Of a DNA stretch of 64,000 nt, positions 31,181 to 41,655 are shown piece after piece. The translations under genes and the position numbers were made by a program. Under the pieces are notes generated by a model. It was not told the DNA's origin, did no database searches, and saw only the letters and a list, made by a program, of their open reading frames with translations. Numbering within the stretch: position 1 is the first letter of the stretch; each line of letters starts with the position of its first letter. Where the stretch lies: the NCBI GenBank assembly GCA_963843845.1, contig CAWJMB010000002.1, forward strand, positions 3,168,001 to 3,232,000. The letters are read 5' to 3'. The DNA comes from an uncultured Gemmatimonadaceae bacterium (GTDB lineage Bacteria; Gemmatimonadota; Gemmatimonadetes; Gemmatimonadales; Gemmatimonadaceae).

Positions 31181-33532
31181 ATGCGTACACGTCGCGTCAC
31201 GACACCTCTGCTCGTCTCTCTCACGCCCGCCCTGCTCGCGGCGCAGACCCCCGTCCGCGGCCGCGTGTTCGACGTCTACACGCAGGCGCCGCTCGCCGAC
31301 GTCACGGTCACGACCGCGGCCGGCGCGACGGCGACGACCGACCGCGACGGGCGCTTCTCGGTGCCGTGCGGCGACCGCGTCGCGCTCACGTTCCGTCGCG
31401 TCGGCTACCGGCCGTTCCAGGCGACCGCGCGGTCGTGCGAGGAGCAGGTGCAGGCCGGCCTCACGGCCGGCGCGCAGAACCTGAACGAGGTCAGCGTCGT
31501 CGAGACGCGCGAGTCGCCGGCGGCGACGAGCCTTCGGCAGCCGTTCTCGGTCGCCACGCTCTCGCGCCAGGAGCTGCGCCGCGGGACGGGGATCTTTCCG
31601 GACGAGGCGCTCAACCTCGTGCCGGGCGTGCGCCTCGAGCGCCGCACGATGGCCGGCGGACAGCGCATCACGATCCGCGGCTACGGCACCCGTTCGAACT
31701 TCGACGGCTCGGGTTACAAGGCGTACCTGAACGGCATCCCGATCACCGACGCGGAGGGCGTGACGGTGCTCGACGACGTCGACTTCGCGACGTTAGGCAG
31801 GGTGGACGTCGTGCGCGGGCCGTCGTCGAGTCTCTTCGGCGCCGGCATCGGCGGCGTCGTCAACTTCTACACGCTGCGCCCCGAGCGGTCGGGCACGACG
31901 GCCGAGCAGGAGGTGCTGAGCGGGCAGGACGGCCTCCTGCGCTCGGACACGCGCCTCACGAGCGCGACCGGCGGCTCGAGCCTCGTGCTGAACTACGGGC
32001 ACCAGGGCTACGACAGCTACCGCGTCCACAGCGGCTCGCGAAAGGACTTCGCGACGTTCGTCGGTGACTTCCGCCCGTCGGACCGGCGCACGATCTCCAC
32101 CTACCTCGCGTACTCGCACTCGCGCGACGACCGCGCCGGGCAGTTGGACAGCGCGCGCTTCTTCACGCACCAGAACGCCGGCGAGGCGCTCTACCTGAAC
32201 AACGACGCGCACGTCGACATGGAAGGGTTCCGCGCCGGCGTCACGCACAGCTACCGCGTGAGCGACGCGCTCGAGCCGGTCGTGACCGCGTACTACTCGG
32301 GGACGACGCGCGAGGACGTGTTCGCCGCCGGCGTGAACCCGAAGTCGGGGCAGACGTTCGGCGCGCGCGCCGTCGCGAACACCCGCTTCGCGCCGTCGGC
32401 GCTCGGCGGTCGTGCGCTCACCGGCACCACGGGGGCCGAGTTCGAGAAGACGAACGTGTTCGTGAAGGGCTACGGCTACACCAACACGGTGCTCGGCGGG
32501 ATCACGAGCGACCTGGAGACGCACACGATGCAGTACAACGCGTTCTCCCAGTGGGACCTCGCGCTGCCGGCGGACCTCACGCTGACCGGCGGGGCGAGCG
32601 TCAACTTCATCGAGTACGCGATCGTCGACCGGCTCGCGAACACGGCGAACCCGACACGCAAGAGCGTCTCGGGGCGGAAGACGTACGACCCGGTCGTGAC
32701 GCCGCGCGTCGCACTCCGCAAGTCGTTCGGCGACGCGCTGTCGGCCTACGCGAGCGTGAGCCAGGGCTACACTCCGGCGACGTCGAGCGACGCGGTGATC
32801 CAGTTCACCGGACAGGCGAACGAGGGGTTGAAGCCGGAGCGCGGCACGCTCTACGAGGTCGGCACGAAGGGGAGCGTCGTCGGCCGGCGGCTGTCGTATC
32901 AGCTCGCGCTCTTCGATCTGCGCGTGCGCGACAAGCTGGTCAGTCAGGGGGTGTTCAACGCGACCGGTACGCAGCTGTACGCGTACACGGTCAACGGCGG
33001 CGACCAGTCGAACAAGGGGCTCGAGCTGGCCGCGGCGTTCGCGGTCGTCGACCGGCCGGCCGAGCCGGTGACAGCGGTACGCCCGTTCGTGTCGTACAGC
33101 CACTCCGACTTCACGTACACGAACTTCAAGAGCGACAACAACAACAACGCGCGCACCGTGAACTACAGCGGCAACCGCGTCGTCGGCGTGCCGAAGAACG
33201 TGCTCGCCGGCGGCGTGGACGTCGGCGTGCGCGGTGGCGGCTACGCGAACGTCACGGTCGAGCACCGCGACGGCCAGCCGATCACCTACGACAACCTGCG
33301 CAACGCGCCGGCGTACACCCTGCTCAACGCCAAGCTGGGCGTGGCGCGCGACGTCGGCCGGTCGTTCACCGTCGACGCCTACGTCGGCGGCAACAACCTG
33401 ACGGGCGCGCTCTACTACACGATGGTGTTCCTGAACGCGAACTTCGCGACGACCACGCCGCCGGCGATCTACCTGCCCGGCCCGTACAACGCCCGCTTCT
33501 ACGCCGGCCTCAAGCTCGGGCTGCACCAGTGA
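31181..33532 (+). CDS. TonB-dependent receptor (iron/heme)
   Basis: Plug ITIRGYG, YLNGIP, VVRGPSSSLFG and LKPERG..YEVG; first gene of the hmu-like operon. Confidence 0.92.
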   Translation: MRTRRVTTPLLVSLTPALLAAQTPVRGRVFDVYTQAPLADVTVTTAAGATATTDRDGRFSVPCGDRVALTFRRVGYRPFQATARSCEEQVQAGLTAGAQNLNEVSVVETRESPAATSLRQPFSVATLSRQELRRGTGIFPDEALNLVPGVRLERRTMAGGQRITIRGYGTRSNFDGSGYKAYLNGIPITDAEGVTVLDDVDFATLGRVDVVRGPSSSLFGAGIGGVVNFYTLRPERSGTTAEQEVLSGQDGLLRSDTRLTSATGGSSLVLNYGHQGYDSYRVHSGSRKDFATFVGDFRPSDRRTISTYLAYSHSRDDRAGQLDSARFFTHQNAGEALYLNNDAHVDMEGFRAGVTHSYRVSDALEPVVTAYYSGTTREDVFAAGVNPKSGQTFGARAVANTRFAPSALGGRALTGTTGAEFEKTNVFVKGYGYTNTVLGGITSDLETHTMQYNAFSQWDLALPADLTLTGGASVNFIEYAIVDRLANTANPTRKSVSGRKTYDPVVTPRVALRKSFGDALSAYASVSQGYTPATSSDAVIQFTGQANEGLKPERGTLYEVGTKGSVVGRRLSYQLALFDLRVRDKLVSQGVFNATGTQLYAYTVNGGDQSNKGLELAAAFAVVDRPAEPVTAVRPFVSYSHSDFTYTNFKSDNNNNARTVNYSGNRVVGVPKNVLAGGVDVGVRGGGYANVTVEHRDGQPITYDNLRNAPAYTLLNAKLGVARDVGRSFTVDAYVGGNNLTGALYYTMVFLNANFATTTPPAIYLPGPYNARFYAGLKLGLHQ

Positions 33533-34464
33533 GCGGGCGAGCCGTGATCCCGCGCCGGGCGACGGCGGCCGCGCTGCTCGGCGCGGCGCTGGTCGCAGCG
33601 GCGGCGTGCGGGCGCTTCGGCAACGCCGACGCGAAGGCCGATCGCCAGCGCCGCATCATCTCGACGGCGAAGCAGTACACCGAGATCCTGTACGCGTTGG
33701 GCGCCGACTCCGACCTCGTCGCCGTCGACGTGTCGAGCGTGTATCCCGCCGAGGCGAAGAAGCTGCCGACGGTCGGCTATCACCGCGCGCTGTCGCTCGA
33801 AGGGATGCTCTCGGCCAAGCCGACGCTGATCCTCACGAGCGGGCCGGACAACATGGGGCCGGAGCCGGTCGTGCGGCAGCTCGAGGCGCTCAAGATCCCG
33901 GTCAAGATGTTCACGACCCGGACGAGCGACATCGAGGGGGCGAAGAACCTCGTTCGCGAGATGGGCGCCTACTTCCACAAGGAGGCGCGCGCCGACTCGC
34001 TGAACGCGAAGCTCGATGCCGACATGGCGCGGGCGATGCGCGCGGCCGCTCAGCGCCCCGACACGCCGACCGTGGCGATCATTCACTACGGCCACGCGAT
34101 GAATGTCTACCTCACGATGACCGGCAAGTCGGTCGCGTCGCAGATGGTGCAGTGGGCCGGGGGCCGCATGGCGCTGAACGACTCAGGAGGCATGAAGCAG
34201 CTCACGTCGCCGGAAGTGCTCGCGAAGGCGAACCCGGACGTCATCCTGCTCACCGAGTTCGGCTACGACCGGCTCGCGGGGCCCACGGACATTCTCGCGC
34301 TCCCCGGCGTCGCGGCGACGAAGGCGGCGCGGAGCGGTCGCATCTTCCGGATCGAGGAGCAGGACCTCATCTACCTCGGGCCGCGCACCGGCGAGAACGT
34401 GGAGCGGCTGCGCACGCTCATTCACCAACCGGGGACGCTCGGCGCGGTCGCGACGACGCCGTAA
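33529..34464 (+). CDS. hmuT: Heme ABC transporter substrate-binding lipoprotein
   Basis: Lipobox AAA-C, TEILYALG, VDVSSVYP, VGYHRALSLEG (Tyr heme ligand) and LGPRT. Confidence 0.82.
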   Translation: MSGRAVIPRRATAAALLGAALVAAAACGRFGNADAKADRQRRIISTAKQYTEILYALGADSDLVAVDVSSVYPAEAKKLPTVGYHRALSLEGMLSAKPTLILTSGPDNMGPEPVVRQLEALKIPVKMFTTRTSDIEGAKNLVREMGAYFHKEARADSLNAKLDADMARAMRAAAQRPDTPTVAIIHYGHAMNVYLTMTGKSVASQMVQWAGGRMALNDSGGMKQLTSPEVLAKANPDVILLTEFGYDRLAGPTDILALPGVAATKAARSGRIFRIEEQDLIYLGPRTGENVERLRTLIHQPGTLGAVATTP

Positions 34465-34465
34465 C

Positions 34466-35515
34466 GTGCCGACCGCCTCGGCGCCGGCGTTAGGCAGGCA
34501 CTACCGGGGCGTCGTCCCGACGCTCGCGGTCGCGCTCGCGCTCGTCACGCTCGCGTCCATCCGCTGGGGCGCGGTGTCGATCGAACCGGCGCAGATGGCG
34601 AGCGCGCTGCGGAAGGTGTGGACGGCGCCGGAGACGATGGGGCTCGACGAGCGGATCTTCGTCGAGATCCGCCTTCCCCGCGCGCTGCTCACCGTGTTCG
34701 TGGGCGCGAGCCTCGCGGTCGGCGGGGTGCTGATGCAGGCACTCTTTCGCAACCCGATCGTCGAGCCGGGACTCGTCGGCACGTCGAGCGGGGCGGCGTT
34801 CGGGGCGGCGCTGTACTTCGTGCTCGGCGCCTCGTTTCACTACCACGCCGGCGAGTGGACGCTCCCGCTCGCCGCCTGCGCCGGCGGCATGCTCGCGACG
34901 TGGCTCGTGTTCGTGCTGTCGCGCTCGAACACCCCGGGGCGGAGCTCGGTGATCGCCCTGCTGCTCACCGGGATCGCGATCAACGCGCTGTTCATGAGCG
35001 GCGTCGGCTTCCTGTCGTACATGGCGCGCGACCCGCAGGCGCGCTCGATCACGTTCTGGAACCTCGGCACGCTCGCCGGCGCGAGCTGGACGGCGGTGGT
35101 GATCGTCGGCACGTCGACCCTCGTCTGCGTGACGATCGGGCTTCGCTACGGGCGCCACCTGAACGCGCTCATGATCGGCGAGGAGGACGCGCGGTATCTG
35201 GGCGTCGACGTGCGGCGTCTCAAGACGATCATCCTGCTGATCAACGTCATGATGGTCGCGATCGCGACGGCGTTCACCGGCGTCATCGCGTTCGTCGGGC
35301 TGATCGTGCCGCACCTGCTCCGCCTGCTCCGCGGCGCCGACAACCGCTTCCTCATGCTCGGCGGCATGCTGCTCGGCGGGATCCTGTTGGGCCTCGCCGA
35401 CCTCGCCGCCCGGCTGCTGCTCGCGCCGGCCGAGCTGCCGATCGGGATCGTGACGTCGGCCGTGGGCGTGCCGGTCTTCGTCGCGCTGCTGCGGCAGCGG
35501 CGCACGTACTTCTGA
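34466..35515 (+). CDS. hmuU: FecCD-family heme ABC permease
   Basis: IRLPR, QALFRNP, FVGLIVPH and ELPIG. Confidence 0.88.
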   Translation: MPTASAPALGRHYRGVVPTLAVALALVTLASIRWGAVSIEPAQMASALRKVWTAPETMGLDERIFVEIRLPRALLTVFVGASLAVGGVLMQALFRNPIVEPGLVGTSSGAAFGAALYFVLGASFHYHAGEWTLPLAACAGGMLATWLVFVLSRSNTPGRSSVIALLLTGIAINALFMSGVGFLSYMARDPQARSITFWNLGTLAGASWTAVVIVGTSTLVCVTIGLRYGRHLNALMIGEEDARYLGVDVRRLKTIILLINVMMVAIATAFTGVIAFVGLIVPHLLRLLRGADNRFLMLGGMLLGGILLGLADLAARLLLAPAELPIGIVTSAVGVPVFVALLRQRRTYF

Positions 35516-35516
35516 C

Positions 35517-36296
35517 GTGGCACTCACGGCGGCGGGCGTCTCGTTCGCGGTCGACGGCCGCGCGCTGCTGAGCGAGGTCTCGGTCGCCTTCGAGGCGTCG
35601 TCGTTAGGCCTGGTCGTCGGACCGAACGGGGCGGGCAAGTCGACGCTCGTGAAGGTGCTCTGCCGCCAGCTCGCGCCGGACGCGGGCGAGGTGCGCTACG
35701 GCGGCCGGGCGTTAGGCGCCTGGTCGGACGCGGAGCTGGCGACGGTGCGCGCCGTGCTGTCGCAGAGCGTGGAGCTGGCGTTCCCGCTCCGCGTCTGGGA
35801 GGTGGTGATGATGGGGCGCTACCCGCACTTCACCGGGCGCCCCGGAGGGAAAGACGAGCGGGCGTGCGAGGAGGCGATGCGCTTCTTCGACGTCTGGGCG
35901 TGGGCGGACCGCAACTACCTCACGCTCTCCGGCGGCGAGCGGCAGCGGGTGCAGTTCGCGCGCGTCATGGCGCAGATCTGGGACTCGGCGCCCGGCCGGA
36001 CGCGCTATCTCGTGCTCGACGAGCCGCTGACGTTCCTCGACATCCGCTACCAGTTCGAGTTCATGCGCCGCGTGCGCGAGCTGATGCAGGCGGGCGACCT
36101 CGTCGTCGTCGGCGTCGTGCACGACCTCAACCTCGCGGCGCGCTTCGCCGACCACCTCGTGCTCGTGCACGAGGGCCGCGCACTCGCCTCGGGCGCGCCG
36201 GCGGACGTCCTCACGCCCGAGTTGATCGAACAGGCCTTCGGGATCCGACCCACCGTGCACAGCGTCGGCGGGCGGCTGCATCTGCTGTTCGAATAG
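35517..36296 (+). CDS. hmuV: Heme ABC transporter ATPase
   Basis: GPNGAGKS, LSGGERQRVQFARVMAQ, LDEP and HDLNLA. Confidence 0.88.
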   Translation: MALTAAGVSFAVDGRALLSEVSVAFEASSLGLVVGPNGAGKSTLVKVLCRQLAPDAGEVRYGGRALGAWSDAELATVRAVLSQSVELAFPLRVWEVVMMGRYPHFTGRPGGKDERACEEAMRFFDVWAWADRNYLTLSGGERQRVQFARVMAQIWDSAPGRTRYLVLDEPLTFLDIRYQFEFMRRVRELMQAGDLVVVGVVHDLNLAARFADHLVLVHEGRALASGAPADVLTPELIEQAFGIRPTVHSVGGRLHLLFE

Positions 36297-36315
36297 CGCG
36301 GGGAAACCCCGTCTC

Positions 36316-38094
36316 CTAGAAGTTCGCCGCGTCGAGCGCCATGAGCGGCTCGGCGCCCGCCGCGATCGTCGTCGCCAGCGACGACGTCTGCGGCAGCAGC
36401 TTCGTGAAGTAGAAGCGCGCCGTCTTGAGCTTGGCGTCGTGGAACGCGTCGTCCTTGCCGGCGCGCGATCCGGGCCATGCGGAGCCACATCCAGCCGGTC
36501 GCGACGAGGCCGAACATGCGGAGGTAGTCGGTCGCCGCGGCGCCGGCCTCGTCGTGGTTCGCGACGGCCTTGTTCATCACCGTCATCGTCGCCTCCTGCA
36601 GCCGGCGCAACGACTCGCCTAGCGCCGTCGCCATCTCGGCGAGCGCGGGGGTCGGCCTGCGCCTCCTTCACCGTCTTCTGCACCAGCGGAAGGAAGCGGC
36701 GGATGCAGGCGGCCGTTCCCCTCCGGCATCTTGCGGCCGATGAGGTCCATCGCCTGCACGCCGTTCGTGCCCTCGTAGATCTGCGCGATGCGCGCGTCGC
36801 GCACGAACTGCTCGATGCCGTACTCGCGGATGTAGCCGTGTCCGCCGAGGCACTGCAGGCCGAGGTTCGCGACCTCGAAGCCGGTGTCGGTGAGGAACGC
36901 CTTGATGATCGGCGTCATCAGCGCGACGAGGTCCGCCGCCTCCTGCCGCACGGCGTCGTCGGGGTGCTTCTCCTCGACGTCGATGAGCTGCCCGACCCAG
37001 TACGCGAGCGCGCGCATGCCCCTCGACGTACGCCTTCATCGTGAGCAGCATGCGGCGCACGTCGGGGTGGACGATGATCGGGTCGGCCTCGCCCGCCGGG
37101 TTCTTCGCGCCGGTGAGCGCGCGTCCCTGCAGGCGATCCTTCGCGTACGCGAGCGCGTTCTGGTACGCGACCTCGGCGAGCCCGAGCCCCTGCATGCCGA
37201 CGCCGAGCCGCGCGCCGTTCATCATCGTGAACATCGCGCGCATGCCCTTGTGCGGCTCGCCGACCAGCCAGCCCTTCGCGCCGTCGAAGTTGATGACGCA
37301 CGTCGCGTTCGCCTTGATGCCCATCTTGTGCTCGATGGAGCCGCAGGTGACGCCGTTCGCGGTGCCGATCGCCGCCTTCCTCGGTGGGCAGGAACTTGGG
37401 CACGAGGAACAGCGAGATGCCCTTCGTGCCGGCGGGCGCGTCGGGCAGCCTCGCGAGCACGAGGTGCACGATGTTCTCGGTCAGGTCGTGCTCGCCGGCG
37501 GAGATGAAGATCTTCGTGCCGGTGACAGGTGTACGCGCCGTCGCCGGCCGGCACGGCCTTCGTGCGGATGATGCCGAGGTCGGTGCCGGCGTGCGGCTCG
37601 GTGAGGCACATCGTGCCGGCCCACGTGCCGTCGATGAGCTTCGGCAGGAAGCGCTGCTTCAGCTCCGCGTCGCCCCACCGCTCGAGCGCGATCGCCGCGC
37701 CGTGGCCGAGCTCCGGATACATGCTGAACGAGAGGTTCGCCGAGCAGAGCATCTCGTCGAACACGAAGCGGGTGAGGTGCGGCAGCCCCTGGCCGCCGTA
37801 CTCGGCGGGGCCGGTCATCGCCGGCCAGCCGCCGCTCACGAACTGCTCGTACGCCTCCTTGAAGCCGGCCGGCGTGCGCACGTCGCCGTTCTCGTAGTGG
37901 CACCCCTCGGCGTCCCCCGACTGGTTGAGCGGCGCGAGCACGTCCTCGCACACCGTCGCGCCTTCCTGCAGCACGGCGAGCAGCGTGTCGGGCGTCGCGT
38001 CCTCGTAGCCGGGGAGCGTGGACAGCTGCTCGACGTCGAGCACGTCGTTCAGCACGAAGCGGATGTCGTCGAGCGGGGCCTTGTAACTGGGCAT
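36316..38094 (-). pseudogene. Acyl-CoA dehydrogenase (~590-aa type) broken by ~6 frameshifts
   Basis: Consecutive pieces [58 protein letters not shown] and KLKTARFYF. Breaks near 37527, 37372, 37020, 36705, 36648 and 36462. Confidence 0.85.
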
Positions 38095-38349
38095 GGACGC
38101 GGAGCCTCGGAGAGCGGCGGTGCCGAACACTGTTCGGCAGGAAATCTGGAACGTCTGGACGCGCCGAGCAAGCCCCGGAGGTGCGGTACGGCACTGCGGG
38201 CGCGACAGTTCGCCGCGAGGCGCGCGGCGACGCCGAGAACACGACTCGCCGAGCCAACGAACCATTTCCTGCCGAGATTGCGCGGTGCATAGTGGGCCGC
38301 GCTGAAACGCGCGCTCGTCCCCCGATGCACTTCGACCCCGGAGCTGCTC

Positions 38350-39321
38350 ATGTCTCGACTCGGTCGTCCGCTCTTGCCATCGATCGCCGCGACACTCGTC
38401 TTCGCGGCGGTCGCTCAGGCGCAGACCGTCGTCGGCGCGTTCGCTGGGAGCTACTCCGCGATCTCGCTCGGCTCCGCCAGCGGAGTGCCAGGGAGCTACG
38501 GCGGCCTCACGTTTCTGGCGGGGGACCCGAACACGCTGCTCCTCGGCGGCAGCGCGAACAGTCCGAGCGGCGCGGTCTATCGCATCGGCCTGACACGCGA
38601 CGCGATGAACCGCGTGACCGGCTTCAGCGGGCCGGCGACGCTGTTCTCGACCGCACCGACCATCGACGGCGGACTCGCGTACGGCCCGGGGGGCGTGCTG
38701 TTCTACACCGGGTACAGCAGCAACCTGGTCGGCCAGATCGAGCCGGGGAGCAGTGCGCCAGACCGCGTCGACAACGTGAGCACGCTCGTCGCCGGCTCGG
38801 TCGGCGGGCTCGGCTTCATCCCGACCGGCTTCGCCAACGCCGGTCAGGGCGTGGTCGTGTCCTACTCGGCCAACAGCTACCGCCGCTTCACCACGACGCC
38901 CGACGGGTCGGGAACGTTCACGCTCGCGCCGGCGCCGGGATCGATGGAGATCACACTCGCGGGCGGGTTGCCCGAGGGGATCGCCTGGGTGCCGCTCGGC
39001 TCCGCGCTCTTCACCAACCCGTCGATTCTGATCTCCGAGTTCGGAGGCGGCCGAATCAGCACGTACGAGCTCGACGCGAATGGCGATCCGAACCTCTCAA
39101 CACGTCGCGTCTTCATCGACGGACTGAGTGGCGCCGAAGGCGCCGCGATCGACCCGCTCACCGGCGACTTCTTCTTCAGCACGTTCGGCGGCAGCGATCA
39201 GGTCATACGGGTGTCGGGATTCGCCTCGGTGGCGGCCGTGCCGGAACCCGCGACCGTGCTGCTCCTCGGTACCGGTCTCGCCGGGCTCGGGCTCGCCGCG
39301 CGCCGTCGCCGCACCGCCTGA
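38350..39321 (+). CDS. PEP-CTERM sorting-domain protein (beta-propeller-like)
   Basis: Signal peptide AQA-Q; C-terminal VPEPATVLLLGTGLAGLGLAARRRR. Confidence 0.92.
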   Translation: MSRLGRPLLPSIAATLVFAAVAQAQTVVGAFAGSYSAISLGSASGVPGSYGGLTFLAGDPNTLLLGGSANSPSGAVYRIGLTRDAMNRVTGFSGPATLFSTAPTIDGGLAYGPGGVLFYTGYSSNLVGQIEPGSSAPDRVDNVSTLVAGSVGGLGFIPTGFANAGQGVVVSYSANSYRRFTTTPDGSGTFTLAPAPGSMEITLAGGLPEGIAWVPLGSALFTNPSILISEFGGGRISTYELDANGDPNLSTRRVFIDGLSGAEGAAIDPLTGDFFFSTFGGSDQVIRVSGFASVAAVPEPATVLLLGTGLAGLGLAARRRRTA

Positions 39322-39350
39322 TCGTGGCTGAGCTCCGGCCTGCCATACGG

Positions 39351-39398
39351 CCTGACGCGCGCTGACGCGCGCTGACGCGCGCTGACGCGCGCTGACGC
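39351..39398. repeat. 10-bp tandem repeat (GCTGACGCGC)x~5
   Basis: Read directly; intergenic. Confidence 0.9.
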
Positions 39399-39401
39399 AG
39401 C

Positions 39402-39438
39402 AAGGTCGCCGGCGGGGAGCTTCTCCGCCGGCGACCTT
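39402..39438. terminator. GC-rich hairpin, probable bidirectional terminator
   Basis: AAGGTCGCCGGCGG...CCGCCGGCGACCTT between convergent genes. Confidence 0.7.
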
Positions 39439-39458
39439 CGTCGTTCCAGACGATCAGC

Positions 39459-39674
39459 TCACAGCTTGTACGGATCCCACGTCGCCGCCTCGTAGGCCGA
39501 CCAGAGGTGCATCAGCCAGCCGAGCGTGCCGAAGGAGAGGAGCCAGAGCGCGCCGCTGAGCAGCAGGTGCCAGAGCGCCTTCCCCATCCGTCCCTGCGTG
39601 AGCTGGCCGAGCCCCGGGATGAACAGGCTGCAGATCGCCGCGATGACGTTGGCCGTCGAACCCTTTCCTGCCAC
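39459..39674 (-). CDS. Small membrane protein (SLFIPGLGQ motif, TM2/NINE-like)
   Basis: AAICSLFIPGLGQLTQGR; GGAGG RBS before GTG. Confidence 0.8.
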   Translation of the reverse strand: MAGKGSTANVIAAICSLFIPGLGQLTQGRMGKALWHLLLSGALWLLSFGTLGWLMHLWSAYEAATWDPYKL

Positions 39675-39800
39675 GGTGCCCCTCCGCTGTTCGGTACGTG
39701 GATCGTGCGAGGGTCCGTACGTACGCCGGACGAGAAAGTGCCAGCGAGAACGTGACAGCGCAGTGAAGCGCGGCGTGGTGCCGGTCGACACTGGCAGACG

Positions 39801-41084
39801 ATGCCTCGTCGAGCGCCTCGTCACCCGCCCCCGCCGCTGTTCACGCGCCCCCCGCACCATGCGTTCACCGGGCACCGGCTCGGGCGCGCCGTGCTCGCCT
39901 ACGTCGGATGCGTCATCGGGGTCATCACGCTGGCGCCGTTCTCGTTCGCGGCCCCATCCACCCGGCACGTGCTGTGGTGGTCGCCGGACAGCCTGATCGA
40001 TCCGGTGGCGAACGTGGCGCTCTTTCTGCCGTTCGGCTTTCTCTACGCGCTCATGCGCTCGGCGGCCGACGCGGGGACGGCCGAGGCAGACGAGCGCACA
40101 CTGCGCCGCGGCGCGTTCCTCGGCTGCCTCGCCAGTTCGACGATCGAGCTGGTGCAACTGTTCGAGCCCGACCGCTATCCGTCGCCGGCCGACGTCGTGA
40201 CGAATACGATCGGCGCGGCACTCGGCGTGTGGCTCTTCCACCGGGCGGCGCGCCGGCTGGTGGTGGACGGCACCGTCGTCGGTCGGCTGGGACTGGAGCT
40301 TCCACTCATGGGGCTCGCCTACCTCGTGATCCCGCTCGCCGCGCTCGCCGCGCTCACGGCCCACGGCAGCGCCGCGGCGACGCCGCTCGGCGTGCTGCCG
40401 GACGGGTGGGGACTCGTCGCGCTCGCGCTGTTCGGCGGGACACTGCTCGGGGAGGTGCAGCGCCGCCACTTCGGGCCGAACGGCGCCGTGTCGCGGCTCG
40501 GGATCGCGGCGCTGGGCGGGGCCGGCTTCGCGGCCGGCGCGTTCCCGGCGATCGCCACGGCGTCTGCCGCGTTCACCGTCGCGACGGTCGCGGCGGCCAT
40601 GGCCGCGTGGTGGCGTGGCGCGGACGTCGACGGCGTGACGCCGATCGAGCGACGGTTCGAGAGCGAGGCGCTCGGGCGCGCCGCGCCGTGGTTCGCCGGC
40701 TATCTCCTCCTCGTCCCGACGATCGCGCCGAGCGCGGCGCTCGGCAAAGTCGCCATTCTGCGCGACGTCGAATCGCTCGCCGCGTTCACCGTGCTCGGCT
40801 ACCTGCTCGCCGAGGCGTGGGGGCGGCTCGAGCTGCGCTATCGGCACACGGCGTGGCGGATCGCGCTGATCGGCGGGGCGGCGGCGCTGACGCAGCAGGC
40901 GCTACGCCACGGTGCGGCATTCACGTACGACGTGCTGCCGTCGGTCGCCGCGCACCTGGTGTCGGCAGCGTACGGCGGGTGGATCTATCACTTGCAGCGG
41001 GCACACGTGTGGGCGCTCGTCGCGGTGCGGCGCGTGGAGCGGGCGGCGCCGGTGCCGGCTGCGAGCGTGCGCCGCCGGGCCTGA
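39801..41084 (+). CDS. VanZ-family multi-pass membrane protein
   Basis: ANVALFLPFGF, IELVQLF.P.RYPS.ADV.TNT.G. Confidence 0.85.
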   Translation: MPRRAPRHPPPPLFTRPPHHAFTGHRLGRAVLAYVGCVIGVITLAPFSFAAPSTRHVLWWSPDSLIDPVANVALFLPFGFLYALMRSAADAGTAEADERTLRRGAFLGCLASSTIELVQLFEPDRYPSPADVVTNTIGAALGVWLFHRAARRLVVDGTVVGRLGLELPLMGLAYLVIPLAALAALTAHGSAAATPLGVLPDGWGLVALALFGGTLLGEVQRRHFGPNGAVSRLGIAALGGAGFAAGAFPAIATASAAFTVATVAAAMAAWWRGADVDGVTPIERRFESEALGRAAPWFAGYLLLVPTIAPSAALGKVAILRDVESLAAFTVLGYLLAEAWGRLELRYRHTAWRIALIGGAAALTQQALRHGAAFTYDVLPSVAAHLVSAAYGGWIYHLQRAHVWALVAVRRVERAAPVPAASVRRRA

Positions 41085-41118
41085 CACGAGCCGACCGACG
41101 GTCGGCGTCAGCCAGCCG

Positions 41119-41610
41119 TCAGAGCAGTGCCGCGTGCCACGACTCGCGGGCAGGACGCTCGAAGCGCGTGCGCCAGTCGCCCGCCGTCGTGACGCCGAGG
41201 TCGAAGACCGGCGAGTCGACGCCCCACGCGCCGGCGGCGGCCTGCGCCTTCGCGTCGCCGCGGGCGCCCGTCTGTACGGCGCCGGCGCCGTCCCGCCAGT
41301 AGACGCGCGACGCCCCGCCCAGCAGCGTCGTGCCGAGCGACGGCTCGATGCCTTGCAGGCGGCGGAACAGCCCGTCGATCGAGCAGCCCGACGCGCCGGC
41401 GGTCGACTGGTCGACGGCGACGGCGAGGAAGCGGTCGTCGCGCCAGTCGCGGGCCGCACGCAATGGCGCGCCGTGCGCGGCCCACGACGCGAGGAAGGCG
41501 TCGACTTCGCGCAGCAGCGTCGTCGACTGCGCGTCTGAGAGAGGAGCGGCGGCGGCGAACACCCAGAGTCGCGCGTCGTCGGGGAGCGTCTCGAACGGAA
41601 CGGAAGGCAT
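41119..41610 (-). CDS. Conserved hypothetical protein (WxAHG / ASGCSID motifs)
   Basis: ARLWVF, WAAHGAPL and GASGCSIDG. Confidence 0.8.
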   Translation of the reverse strand: MPSVPFETLPDDARLWVFAAAAPLSDAQSTTLLREVDAFLASWAAHGAPLRAARDWRDDRFLAVAVDQSTAGASGCSIDGLFRRLQGIEPSLGTTLLGGASRVYWRDGAGAVQTGARGDAKAQAAAGAWGVDSPVFDLGVTTAGDWRTRFERPARESWHAALL

Positions 41611-41655
41611 GCACGGAATCTACGCACCGGTCGCCTGACGATTACCGTACCGCGC

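Noticed and set aside
39351..39398. Tandem repeats here and at 43223-43264 as a CRISPR array
   Set aside because: Units are 10-14 bp with no spacers, and no cas genes are present.
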